Virus record (IMG/VR): IMGVR_UViG_2684622774_000013
Strand: one strand, 5' to 3'
DNA from: a virus
Lineage: Duplodnaviria; Heunggongvirae; Uroviricota; Caudoviricetes
Length of the DNA: 44,555 nt
Positions 18,751-27,964 of the stretch are shown here, piece after piece. Every line of letters starts with the position of its first letter. Position 1 is the stretch's first letter. The notes under the pieces are model-generated. The model was not told where the DNA came from. It made no database searches and saw only the letters and a list, made by a program, of their open reading frames with translations. A program made the translations under genes and the position numbers.

Positions 18751-19146
18751 GTGGGATTAAAGAAAATCGTTATGTTGACTTTTTGGGTCGGTTTTGTTGC
18801 GGGATGCACACCTTTACACCCTTCAGATTGCCACAAAACTACTGCTACAGGTAGTTGCAGTTCAGGACGCTGGGATGATCAGGATGAATGGGGGGCGCAA
18901 GCGCGGGGAATCAGAGCTGCAATTAATGCCAAACTTGATGAGCCGCATAACTGGAAAGGGAAAAAATGCAGGTTGCATATGGAATTCTCTCAGGATGGCA
19001 CGGCGTTAAAAATATCTACCAGTAACGGTGATAAAGCCTATTGCGAAGCGATAAAGTCCGCAGCTCATAAAGCCAAATTTCCGGCCTTCAACAATCCGGA
19101 AGTCTACAGAGATTTTCAGAAATCTGGCTTTGACATGCGAGGTTAG
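18751..19146 (+). CDS. Second lipoprotein with divergent TolA domain III-like region, 131 aa
   Basis: GTG start with GAGGAG SD; lipobox VAGC. IRAAINAKLDEPHNWKGKKCRLHMEFSQDGTALKISTSNGDKAYCEAIKSAAHKAKFPAFNNPEVYRDFQKSGFDMRG is a paralog of the upstream gene. Confidence 0.75.
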   Translation: MGLKKIVMLTFWVGFVAGCTPLHPSDCHKTTATGSCSSGRWDDQDEWGAQARGIRAAINAKLDEPHNWKGKKCRLHMEFSQDGTALKISTSNGDKAYCEAIKSAAHKAKFPAFNNPEVYRDFQKSGFDMRG

Positions 19147-19271
19147 CTCTTCAATTACTATATCTCATTCATAGCAAACTGACAGATTTGATGATGTTCT
19201 ATATACGAAACCTGTGATGTCAAGTCTGAGCTAATACAAATAAACATAATATCAGAGAAATACATTTTATT

Positions 19272-19294
19272 AGCTCGCTACGGCGAGCTTTTTA
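19272..19294 (+). terminator. Intrinsic terminator between lipoprotein genes and holin
   Basis: AGCTCGC-TACG-GCGAGCT followed by TTTT. Confidence 0.65.
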
Positions 19295-19397
19295 TATTGC
19301 ATCGTCTCCAGCATATATATCAATTAAGGCTCTGATTGATGTGTCTGAAAGCCTACACATAATAACTATGCCATCCGTTCCGTGCGGAGGTGAGGCT

Positions 19398-19613
19398 ATG
19401 AAATCCATGGACAAAATTTCAACAGGCATTGCCTACGGCACCTCCGCAGGCAGTGCTGGCTACTGGTTTTTACAGTTGCTCGATAGAGTAACTCCGTCAC
19501 AGTGGGCTGCAATCGGTGTGCTGGGTAGTCTGGTATTTGGCCTGCTGACGTACCTGACAAACCTTTATTTCAAGATTAAAGAAGATAAGCGCAAGGCTGC
19601 GAGAGGTGAATAA
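19398..19613 (+). CDS. Holin, phage 21 S-type (pinholin-like), 71 aa with dual-start motif MKSMDK
   Basis: [71 protein letters not shown] is recognisable as S21-like. Two in-frame ATGs at 19398 and 19407; GGAGGTGAGG SD. Confidence 0.9.
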   Translation: MKSMDKISTGIAYGTSAGSAGYWFLQLLDRVTPSQWAAIGVLGSLVFGLLTYLTNLYFKIKEDKRKAARGE

Positions 19614-19792
19614 TGCCTCCATCATTACGAAAAGTCGTTGCTGCTGCTATTGGTGGCGGAGCAATTGCTATAGCATCAGTGTTAATCACTGGCCCAAGTG
19701 GTAACGATGGTCTGGAAGGTGTCAGCTACATACCATACAAAGATATTGTTGGTGTATGGACTGTATGTCACGGGCATACAGGAAAAGACATC
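19613..19792 (+). CDS. SAR-endolysin (phage 21 R-type lysozyme), N-terminal 60 aa only; remainder N-masked
   Basis: [60 protein letters not shown] has a signal-anchor-release segment. Start overlaps the holin stop (TAATG). Runs into N block 19793-20101. Confidence 0.8.
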
Positions 19793-20101
19793 NNNNNNNN
19801 NNNNNNNNNNNNNNNNNNNNNNNNNNNNNNNNNNNNNNNNNNNNNNNNNNNNNNNNNNNNNNNNNNNNNNNNNNNNNNNNNNNNNNNNNNNNNNNNNNNN
19901 NNNNNNNNNNNNNNNNNNNNNNNNNNNNNNNNNNNNNNNNNNNNNNNNNNNNNNNNNNNNNNNNNNNNNNNNNNNNNNNNNNNNNNNNNNNNNNNNNNNN
20001 NNNNNNNNNNNNNNNNNNNNNNNNNNNNNNNNNNNNNNNNNNNNNNNNNNNNNNNNNNNNNNNNNNNNNNNNNNNNNNNNNNNNNNNNNNNNNNNNNNNN
20101 N

Positions 20102-20542
20102 TCCGCTCTGGTTATCTGCATCATCGTCTGCCTGTCATGGGCTGTTAATCATTACCGTGATAACGCCATTACCTACAAAGCCCAGCGCGACAAAAATGCC
20201 AGAGAACTGAAGCTGGCGAACGCGGCAATTACTGACATGCAGATGCGTCAGCGTGATGTTGCTGCGCTCGATGCAAAATACACGAAGGAGTTAGCTGATG
20301 CGAAAGCTGAAAATGATGCTCTGCGTGATGATGTTGCCGCTGGTCGTCGTCGGTTGCACATCAAAGCAGTCTGTCAGTCAGTGCGTGAAGCCACCACCGC
20401 CTCCGGCGTGGATAATGCAGCCTCCCCCCGACTGGCAGACACCGCTGAACGGGATTATTTCACCCTCCGGGAACGACTGGTAATGATGCAGGCCCAACTT
20501 GAAGGTGCTCAGCAATACATAACCGAGCAGTGTTTAAAGTAA
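20102..20542 (+). CDS. Spanin inner-membrane subunit Rz (i-spanin), 5-prime end in N-masked block
   Basis: [60 protein letters not shown]... is recognisable as lambda-type Rz (Rac rzpR equivalent). Confidence 0.85.
   Translation, partial: SALVICIIVCLSWAVNHYRDNAITYKAQRDKNARELKLANAAITDMQMRQRDVAALDAKYTKELADAKAENDALRDDVAAGRRRLHIKAVCQSVREATTASGVDNAASPRLADTAERDYFTLRERLVMMQAQLEGAQQYITEQCLK
20298..20483 (+). CDS. Spanin outer-membrane lipoprotein subunit Rz1 (o-spanin), 61 aa, embedded in the +1 frame of Rz
   Basis: [61 protein letters not shown] with lipobox and proline-rich region, wholly inside Rz (Rac rzoR equivalent). Confidence 0.85.
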   Translation: MRKLKMMLCVMMLPLVVVGCTSKQSVSQCVKPPPPPAWIMQPPPDWQTPLNGIISPSGNDW

Positions 20543-20679
20543 AATCTTAACTACAATATGATTCATTTTGATGATTGTTTCATAAGGAACAGTGAAGTAA
20601 GATCTAAGAGGAGTTAAATTTTATACAGTATAATCATAATATTGCAGCAAGGTGGTTATAATTGAAAGAATATTTAGAT

Positions 20680-22137
20680 ATGAATACATCTCATGTAAGA
20701 GTTGTTACTCATATGTGTGGGTTCCTGGTTTGGCTCTATAGTCTTTCAATGTTGCCACCAATGGTTGTAGCATTGTTTTATAAAGAAAAAAGCCTGTTCG
20801 TTTTCTTTATAACTTTCGTTATATTTTTTTGCATTGGTGGCGGAGCGTGGTATACAACTAAGAAATCTGGCATTCAATTACGTACCCGTGATGGGTTTAT
20901 TATAATTGTAATGTTTTGGATTTTGTTTTCTGTTATTAGTGCATTCCCTTTATGGATTGACTCAGAACTTAATTTAACGTTCATTGATGCTCTGTTTGAA
21001 GGGGTTTCTGGAATAACAACAACAGGAGCAACTGTAATTGATGATGTTAGTTCATTACCTCGGGCATATTTGTACTATCGGTCACAGTTAAATTTTATAG
21101 GTGGTTTAGGAGTTATTGTTCTGGCGGTTGCAGTATTGCCATTATTGGGTATTGGTGGTGCAAAGCTTTATCAGTCAGAAATGCCGGGGCCATTTAAGGA
21201 TGACAAACTCACTCCCCGCCTGGCCGATACGTCACGGACACTGTGGATAACTTATTCTTTATTAGGTATTGCTTGTATTGTCTGTTATAGACTTGCAGGA
21301 ATGCCTTTGTTTGATGCTATTTGTCACGGGATTTCCACAGTTTCGCTTGGTGGTTTCTCAACTCATAGCGAGAGTATCGGATATTTTAATAACTATTTGG
21401 TTGAGCTGGTGGCTGGTTCTTTTTCCCTGCTATCGGCTTTCAACTTCACTCTTTGGTATATTGTTATTAGCAGAAAAACGATAAAACCTTTAATCAGAGA
21501 TATTGAACTTCGTTTCTTTCTGTTAATAGCCTTAGGGGTGATCATTGTTACCTCTTTCCAGGTCTGGCATATAGGTATGTATGACTTGCATGGAAGTTTT
21601 ATTCATTCGTTTTTTCTTGCCAGCTCCATGCTCACTGATAATGGTTTAGCTACGCAGGATTATGCAAACTGGCCCACGCACACGATAGTGTTTTTGCTGT
21701 TGTCAAGTTTCTTTGGGGGATGTATAGGTTCAACCTGTGGTGGAATTAAGTCACTTCGATTTCTTATACTTTTCAAACAAAGCAAACACGAGATAAATCA
21801 GCTTTCTCATCCCAGAGCGTTGTTGAGTGTAAATGTAGGAGGGAAGATAGTTACAGATCGTGTAATGAGGTCTGTATGGAGTTTCTTTTTTCTTTATACT
21901 CTCTTCACGGTGTTTTTTATACTGGTGTTAAATGGTATGGGATATGATTTTCTTACATCATTTGCAACAGTGGCTGCATGTATTAATAATATGGGATTAG
22001 GTTTTGGGGCTACTGCATCGTCATTCGGAGTGCTTAATGACATTGCAAAATATTTAATGTGCATAGCTATGATTCTTGGTCGCCTTGAAATTTATCCTGT
22101 TATTATATTGTTTTCAGGTTTTTTTTGGCGCTCCTAA
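20680..22137 (+). CDS. trkG: Potassium uptake protein TrkG (485 aa)
   Basis: MNTSHVRVVTHMCGFLVWLYSLSMLPPMVVALFYKE... is a multi-pass membrane protein recognisable as TrkG, the known Rac moron. AT-rich. The track ORF begins at an upstream TTG. Confidence 0.93.
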   Translation: MNTSHVRVVTHMCGFLVWLYSLSMLPPMVVALFYKEKSLFVFFITFVIFFCIGGGAWYTTKKSGIQLRTRDGFIIIVMFWILFSVISAFPLWIDSELNLTFIDALFEGVSGITTTGATVIDDVSSLPRAYLYYRSQLNFIGGLGVIVLAVAVLPLLGIGGAKLYQSEMPGPFKDDKLTPRLADTSRTLWITYSLLGIACIVCYRLAGMPLFDAICHGISTVSLGGFSTHSESIGYFNNYLVELVAGSFSLLSAFNFTLWYIVISRKTIKPLIRDIELRFFLLIALGVIIVTSFQVWHIGMYDLHGSFIHSFFLASSMLTDNGLATQDYANWPTHTIVFLLLSSFFGGCIGSTCGGIKSLRFLILFKQSKHEINQLSHPRALLSVNVGGKIVTDRVMRSVWSFFFLYTLFTVFFILVLNGMGYDFLTSFATVAACINNMGLGFGATASSFGVLNDIAKYLMCIAMILGRLEIYPVIILFSGFFWRS

Positions 22138-22274
22138 TATATGGCTGATTTATAATTGTGAGTTTAATATTATGTTGACTCACTCATTGATCCAATACCT
22201 AACTTTACCAGCAACACCTCCGCCCCCAGTAGCACTGGCTGCTGGGGTGCGTTTTATTCATAAAGCAAGGCTGT

Positions 22275-23063
22275 ATGAGCGAGAAATTAAAGATAGTCTA
22301 TCGCCCATTACAAGAATTGTCACCGTATGCGCACAACGCCAGGACGCACAGTACTGAGCAGGTGGCACAACTGGTAGAAAGTATTAAGCAATTCGGCTGG
22401 ACTAATCCGGTGCTGATTGACGAAAAGGGCGAAATTATTGCGGGTCACGGTCGTGTTATGGCGGCTGAAATGCTCAAAATGGATTCTGTTCCGGTCATTG
22501 TTCTGTCTGGCCTGACGGATGAGCAGAAAAAGGCGTACCGCCTGGCAGATAATCGCCTGCCGATGAATGCTGGCTGGGATGAAGATCTGTTGCGGATGGA
22601 GCTGTCGGACCTAATCAATGCTGATTTTGATGTCTCCCTGACAGGCTTCATCCCGGCAGAAATTGATGAACTGTTGACGGATGTTTTGCCCGGTACAGGA
22701 AATGAGGAGGAGCCGTATACGACGAAAATTGATACGCCTGTTTATGAGCCGTCAGGCGGTAAACCGGATATCAGTGAACTGTACGACGATACGAAAACTC
22801 AGGAGCTGATCAGCCGGATACGTTCGGCGTCCCTTGATCCTGATATTGAGAAATTCCTCCTGTGTGCAGCAGAACGTCACACGGTGTTTAATTTCAGCAG
22901 AATTGCGGACTATTACGCTCATGCCCCCGCTGAAATTCAGTGCCTTTTCGAGGAGTCGGCGCTGGTGATCATTGATTATCAGCAGGCTATTGAAAATGGA
23001 TTTGTCCGAATGACGCAGCGCATGGTGGAGATCATGCATGGCGGGGAGGAGGAATATGCGTGA
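22275..23063 (+). CDS. ParB-like nuclease domain protein (262 aa), YnaK-like
   Basis: N-terminal ParB/Srx-like motif (...IIAGHGRVMAAEM...). Positioned upstream of the terminase genes, as is common in lambdoid phages. Confidence 0.75.
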   Translation: MSEKLKIVYRPLQELSPYAHNARTHSTEQVAQLVESIKQFGWTNPVLIDEKGEIIAGHGRVMAAEMLKMDSVPVIVLSGLTDEQKKAYRLADNRLPMNAGWDEDLLRMELSDLINADFDVSLTGFIPAEIDELLTDVLPGTGNEEEPYTTKIDTPVYEPSGGKPDISELYDDTKTQELISRIRSASLDPDIEKFLLCAAERHTVFNFSRIADYYAHAPAEIQCLFEESALVIIDYQQAIENGFVRMTQRMVEIMHGGEEEYA

Positions 23064-23988
23064 TGATTTTTGCGCCTTTATTCTGACTCACGGGCGACCG
23101 GACAAAGTTCTGACTTACCGGACGTTGCGTCGTGCTGGCTATACCGGGAAAATTTTTATCGTTGTTGATGATGAAGATAAGACACGGCATCAGTACATGG
23201 CTGAATTTGGTGAACAGGTGCTGGTATTTTCCAAAGCCGATATTGCTAGTCGTTTTGACGAAGCCGATAATTTTAGTGACCGCCGCTCAATTTTTTACGC
23301 CCGTAATGCCTGTTTCGACCAGGCAAAACTGGTCGGGTGTAAATACTTCATTCAGCTCGATGATGATTATCACGAGTTCCAGTTTCGGGTGGATCGCAAC
23401 TATGACCAGGCCTATTTCCCGATAAGGAAACTGGATGAGATCCTTTCTGAAATGCTTGCGTACTACGAATCAATACCTGCTCTTTCCATCGCTATGTCGC
23501 AGGGCGGGGATTTTCTTGGTGACAATGGCGGCCATGCTTCGTGGGTGAAACGCAAGGCAATGAACAGCTTTATCTGTTCGGTTGATCGACCGTTCTCATT
23601 CATGGGGCGCATTAACGAGGATGTGAATACGTACACGAATCTCGGTCGCTGTGGTGAATTGTTTATGACGATCGGTGCTGTCCAGTTAGGGCAGAAACAG
23701 ACGCAGAAAAACAGCGGCGGAATGACCGAGCTGTATCTGGATTCCGGAACCTACGTTAAAAGTTTTTACTCCGTCATGTATGCGCCGTCGTGCGTAAAAA
23801 TCTCACTTATGGGTGCCAGTCATAAACGCATTCACCATCAGGTCACCTGGAACAACGCTGCAGTAAAAATCCTTCACGAAAAATACAGGAAGAAGACACC
23901 CTGCATATCAATGGGGGTGACAAATGATTCCGTATTCGAAAGTCGAGTCTCTGGCAGCGTGCCGGATGACTGCACAACAAATCGCTGA
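23056..23988 (+). CDS. Hypothetical protein (310 aa); possible GT-A-like glycosyltransferase (DxD-like IQLDDDYHEF)
   Basis: ATG at 23056 with GGGGAGGAGG SD. The functional guess rests only on an N-terminal Rossmann-like pattern and an acidic LDDD motif. Confidence 0.55.
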   Translation: MRDDFCAFILTHGRPDKVLTYRTLRRAGYTGKIFIVVDDEDKTRHQYMAEFGEQVLVFSKADIASRFDEADNFSDRRSIFYARNACFDQAKLVGCKYFIQLDDDYHEFQFRVDRNYDQAYFPIRKLDEILSEMLAYYESIPALSIAMSQGGDFLGDNGGHASWVKRKAMNSFICSVDRPFSFMGRINEDVNTYTNLGRCGELFMTIGAVQLGQKQTQKNSGGMTELYLDSGTYVKSFYSVMYAPSCVKISLMGASHKRIHHQVTWNNAAVKILHEKYRKKTPCISMGVTNDSVFESRVSGSVPDDCTTNR

Positions 23989-24175
23989 CGTTCTGGATGT
24001 TGATCTGAACCGACTGAAAGAAAATCGGGAAGCAATGACAGATTTTTATGCGGCCATCCGTAAGGGCAGAGCGAAAGGTGAAGCCGAGTTACGAGCGGCA
24101 TTGTTTAAGCTTGCCAGAAAAGGGGATGCCTTTGCTCTGCGCGAACTACTCAGGGTGGATAAAAATCAGGACTAA
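23924..24175 (+). CDS. Hypothetical small protein (83 aa)
   Basis: ATG with GGGGGTGA SD. Overlaps the upstream gene by 65 nt in another frame. Confidence 0.45.
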   Translation: MIPYSKVESLAACRMTAQQIADVLDVDLNRLKENREAMTDFYAAIRKGRAKGEAELRAALFKLARKGDAFALRELLRVDKNQD

Positions 24176-24178
24176 CTG

Positions 24179-25273
24179 ATGAGCAGACCGGACTGGGGGG
24201 CGTTGCAGCAGGAGTATATTGCTGAATACACCCGCTCCGGTATATCTCCGGTGGCATGGTGTGAAGCAAGGGGACTGAATTACGCAACAGCCCGTCGTTA
24301 CATCAAAAAAACTCCGAAAAATGCGCAGACAGAAATGTGCAAAACTGCGCAAAAAAGTGCGCAGAAAAAATCTGCGCAGACTGCACAAAAGCGGAACGAA
24401 AAATCTCAGGAAAAAAAGCCAGTATTCGATGCGGGCCTGAATGAGGGCGACGCGGAGGAATTTTCGTTCTGTCCCGATGAATTCGGCATTTCTGACCAGC
24501 AGGCTAAGTTTGCGATGCTTGTTGCTCAGGGTAAAAAGCCGACAGAGGCGTACCGACTAGCCGGTTATGAGGGGCAAGGTGCGACAGCTAACAGCAACGC
24601 CAGTCGTATGCTTAGAAATGCCAGGGTTTTTCGCGCTATCAGCTACTTCCGCAATCAGTACCAGAAACGCTATACCGCAGACCTGGATTTACTAGTGAGT
24701 CAGTTGATGGCTATTGTCCTGGCCGACCCCAATCAGCTTGCACAATTTCGCCGTGTTAACTGCCGTTATTGCTGGGGCGAGAATCATCTCTACCAGTGGC
24801 GCGATATAGCAGAATTCGACAAGGCAGCGGCGCAGGCTTCCAGAGATGGCAAACCCGAACCGGAATATGGAGGCCTCGGCTTTGTTGATAACGCCATACC
24901 CAATCCGGACTGCCCGAAGTGCTGCGGTGAGGGAACGGGACAGCTTTATATGGCTGATACCACTCTGCTTGATGGGGATGCGCGGCAATTATATGCAGGG
25001 GCAAAATTCGGAAAATTCGGCGTTGAGATCCTGCTGGAGGATAAGGCTGCCGCCCGGCGTGAATTGTTGCGTTTGTTTTCTGCTGGCGGGGCTTTATGTG
25101 CAGATAAGCGGCTACGGGAACTGGAAATTGAACGGCGCAGAATGGAAAACCAGAAGCTGCGCAAAGAGATCGAAACGGTGGAAGATAATGAACATCCCCA
25201 GCCTGTGGCGATCAATATTAATGTGGTTGATGCCAGAGTAAGGAGTGATGAAGATGATCTCTCCGACGCTTAA
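24179..25273 (+). CDS. Terminase small subunit (364 aa)
   Basis: Precedes the large terminase. Central region (QQAKFAMLVAQGKKPTEAYRLAGYEG...ASRMLRN) resembles the Terminase_2 small-subunit family. Confidence 0.7.
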   Translation: MSRPDWGALQQEYIAEYTRSGISPVAWCEARGLNYATARRYIKKTPKNAQTEMCKTAQKSAQKKSAQTAQKRNEKSQEKKPVFDAGLNEGDAEEFSFCPDEFGISDQQAKFAMLVAQGKKPTEAYRLAGYEGQGATANSNASRMLRNARVFRAISYFRNQYQKRYTADLDLLVSQLMAIVLADPNQLAQFRRVNCRYCWGENHLYQWRDIAEFDKAAAQASRDGKPEPEYGGLGFVDNAIPNPDCPKCCGEGTGQLYMADTTLLDGDARQLYAGAKFGKFGVEILLEDKAAARRELLRLFSAGGALCADKRLRELEIERRRMENQKLRKEIETVEDNEHPQPVAININVVDARVRSDEDDLSDA

Positions 25274-26555
25274 TGTGCCTCAGGCGCGATTTCTTTCAAT
25301 GCCCCATAAATTTAAAGCCTATATTGCTGGTTTTGGCTCGGGCAAAACATGGGTTGGGTGTGGCGGCATATGCAAGGGGATTTGGGAGCATCCAGGTATA
25401 AATCAGGGATATTTTGCGCCAACGTATCCCCAAATTCGCGATATTTTTTACCCTACAGTGGAAGAAGTTGCTGCTGACTGGGGATTGAACGTAAAAATTA
25501 ATGAGGGAAATAAAGAGGTTCACTTTTATTACGGACGCCAGTATCGGGGAACCACTATCTGCAGATCGATGGAGAAGCCACAAACGATCGTCGGTTTCAA
25601 AATTGGTAATGCGTTGGTGGATGAACTGGACATTTTGCCGAAGGAAAAAGCCAGAACGGCGTGGCGCAAGATAATTGCACGTATGCGTTATAAGATTGAT
25701 GGACTTCGCAACGGTATTGACGTTACAACCACGCCGGAAGGATTCAAATTTGTCTACGAGCAGTTTGTTAAAGCCGTGCGTGAAAAAACAGAGCTGGCCT
25801 CACTGTATGGTCTGGTGCAGGCATCTACTTTCGATAATGAAAAGAACCTGCCAGCAGATTACATTCCTTCGCTTCTTGAATCATACCCTCCAGAGCTGAT
25901 TAAAGCCTATCTTCGAGGACAGTTTACTAACCTGACAAGTGGTACTGTTTACCATCAGTTTGACCGGAAACTGAATAATTGCGAAGAAGTGGAGCAGCCA
26001 GGGGAGCCGATTTATATTGGGATGGATTTTAACGTTGGAAAGATGGCGGGAATCGTCCATGTGCTGCGTTTGGGGCTTCCATGTGCGGTAACTGAAATCA
26101 TCAATGCCTACGATACGCCGGATATGATCCGCATCATTAAAGAACGCTTCTGGCTGTATGATGGGAATGATTACCGGAAAGTGAGGGAAATTTATATTTA
26201 TCCAGATGCTTCCGGGGATTCCAGAAAATCAAGTAACGCAAGTACGACGGATATAGCCCAGCTTAAGCAGGCTGGTTTTAACGTTGTGGTGAACAGCTCG
26301 AACCCGCCAGTAAAAGATCGCGTTAACTCAATGAATGCAATGTTCTGCAATGCCAATGGTGAGCGTCGCTATAAAGTTAATGTGAAGCGTTGCCCGTTAT
26401 ATGCCGAATCTCTGGAGCAACAGGTCTGGGATGAGAAGGGGGAGCCTGATAAAAAATCTGGCAATGATCACCCGAATGATGCCGGAGGTTATTTCATCGT
26501 TAAGCAATTCCCTATTGTCAAACCGACCGGAAGAGTCACATCACTTCGGATTTAA
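25254..26555 (+). CDS. Terminase large subunit (433 aa)
   Basis: Walker A-like AGFGSGKT near the N-terminus, C-terminal nuclease-like acidic motifs. AGGAG SD before ATG 25254. Confidence 0.88.
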   Translation: MISPTLNVPQARFLSMPHKFKAYIAGFGSGKTWVGCGGICKGIWEHPGINQGYFAPTYPQIRDIFYPTVEEVAADWGLNVKINEGNKEVHFYYGRQYRGTTICRSMEKPQTIVGFKIGNALVDELDILPKEKARTAWRKIIARMRYKIDGLRNGIDVTTTPEGFKFVYEQFVKAVREKTELASLYGLVQASTFDNEKNLPADYIPSLLESYPPELIKAYLRGQFTNLTSGTVYHQFDRKLNNCEEVEQPGEPIYIGMDFNVGKMAGIVHVLRLGLPCAVTEIINAYDTPDMIRIIKERFWLYDGNDYRKVREIYIYPDASGDSRKSSNASTTDIAQLKQAGFNVVVNSSNPPVKDRVNSMNAMFCNANGERRYKVNVKRCPLYAESLEQQVWDEKGEPDKKSGNDHPNDAGGYFIVKQFPIVKPTGRVTSLRI

Positions 26556-26557
26556 TT

Positions 26558-27964
26558 ATGGCTGATATATCAACACCCAACCTCGACTATAACGATATGC
26601 TGGAGGCGTGGGATATTAACGACGCACTGATGGGCGGTACGCTTGAAATGCGCAGGCAGGGGGAAAATTATCTCCCAAAATGGCCTAACGAAGATGAAGA
26701 CGCTTATAAAAAACGCCTGTCTGTGGCTACGCTACTTCCTGTGTATGAAGAAAGCATCAAGCAAAATATTGGGCGCATATTTGCAGAGCCGACAGTATTG
26801 AGTGAGGAAACGCCGGCAAAAATCAGGGAATATGCAGAAAATATCGACATGGAGGGGAGCCGACTGGATGTGTGGGCGCAGCAATTTTTCAGCCTCGCAT
26901 TTCAGTATGGTGTGGCACATGCGCTGGTGGACTATCCACGAACGGATATGAAAGAGATTCGGACAAAAGCCGATGAAAACGCGACCGGTGGTCGTCCGTA
27001 CGTTACGATGCTGAATCCACGCCAGGTTATTGGATGGAAATCGAAAGTTGAAAAAGGGAAAGTTGTTCTCACTGATTTGCGTATAAAAGAGGTCATCATT
27101 ATTGATGGTGATGATTTCGGGCAGAAGAAGGTGGAGCAGATCCGCCATATTATGCCCCGTCGAGTTGAAATTTATCGACGTAGCGAAGGCACTAATGGCG
27201 AATCTGTCTGGACGCTTCATGAGTCATGGAATACCAGCCGTGATGATATTCCTCTGGTAACACTGTACACGAAGAAAACAGGATTTATGCGTGGTACACC
27301 GCCATTGCTTAATCTTGGCTTGCTGAATATCAAGCACTGGCAAAGCCAGAGCGAGCAGGACAATATTCTTCATGTTGCCCGCGTTCCATTGCTGGTGGCC
27401 TACGGGCTGGACAGGAATGAAGAACTGACGGTTGGTGCATCCACCGCTACGATTTTTGAGGACAGAACAAAAAATGGCCTCGAATATGTTGAACATAGTG
27501 GCGCAGCGATAGAATCTGGCGAAACATCACTTGAGAAGCTGGAAAATCAGATGCGTCATGCCGGCGCTAAACTTCTGCGTGCTGAAAATACATCCACCAA
27601 ATCTGTTGATCAGACTAATGAAGAGCGAATGCAGGAAAACTCGCCGCTTTATACAATGGCGAACTCCCTCGAAGATGCCCTCGATAATATTCTCCAGATA
27701 ATGGCGGAATGGATCGGAGAGAGTTGCGGTGGCAATGTGGATGTGCGCACTGAACTGGATGTATCTGCCCAGGTGTTTGACTCATCCTCCGCGCTGGCTG
27801 TTCAGTCATTGCGTCAGGGCGGTGATATACGTCAGATTGATGCGGTTCGGGTGTTGCAGGCGTTGAAATTTATCGATCAGGATTCCCGTCCAGAGGAAGT
27901 GATCGATGAATTAAAAAATCAGAGTGTAATGCTGATGGAAATCAATGATGCAAACCGTGAATGA
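26558..27964 (+). CDS. Portal protein (468 aa)
   Basis: Large ORF immediately after the terminase, with size and position typical of a portal. Confidence 0.8.
   Translation: MADISTPNLDYNDMLEAWDINDALMGGTLEMRRQGENYLPKWPNEDEDAYKKRLSVATLLPVYEESIKQNIGRIFAEPTVLSEETPAKIREYAENIDMEGSRLDVWAQQFFSLAFQYGVAHALVDYPRTDMKEIRTKADENATGGRPYVTMLNPRQVIGWKSKVEKGKVVLTDLRIKEVIIIDGDDFGQKKVEQIRHIMPRRVEIYRRSEGTNGESVWTLHESWNTSRDDIPLVTLYTKKTGFMRGTPPLLNLGLLNIKHWQSQSEQDNILHVARVPLLVAYGLDRNEELTVGASTATIFEDRTKNGLEYVEHSGAAIESGETSLEKLENQMRHAGAKLLRAENTSTKSVDQTNEERMQENSPLYTMANSLEDALDNILQIMAEWIGESCGGNVDVRTELDVSAQVFDSSSALAVQSLRQGGDIRQIDAVRVLQALKFIDQDSRPEEVIDELKNQSVMLMEINDANRE

Noticed and set aside
22076-22357. 93-aa plus-strand ORF
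   Set aside because: Overlaps the 3-prime end of trkG and the start of the ParB-like gene in another frame; no SD.
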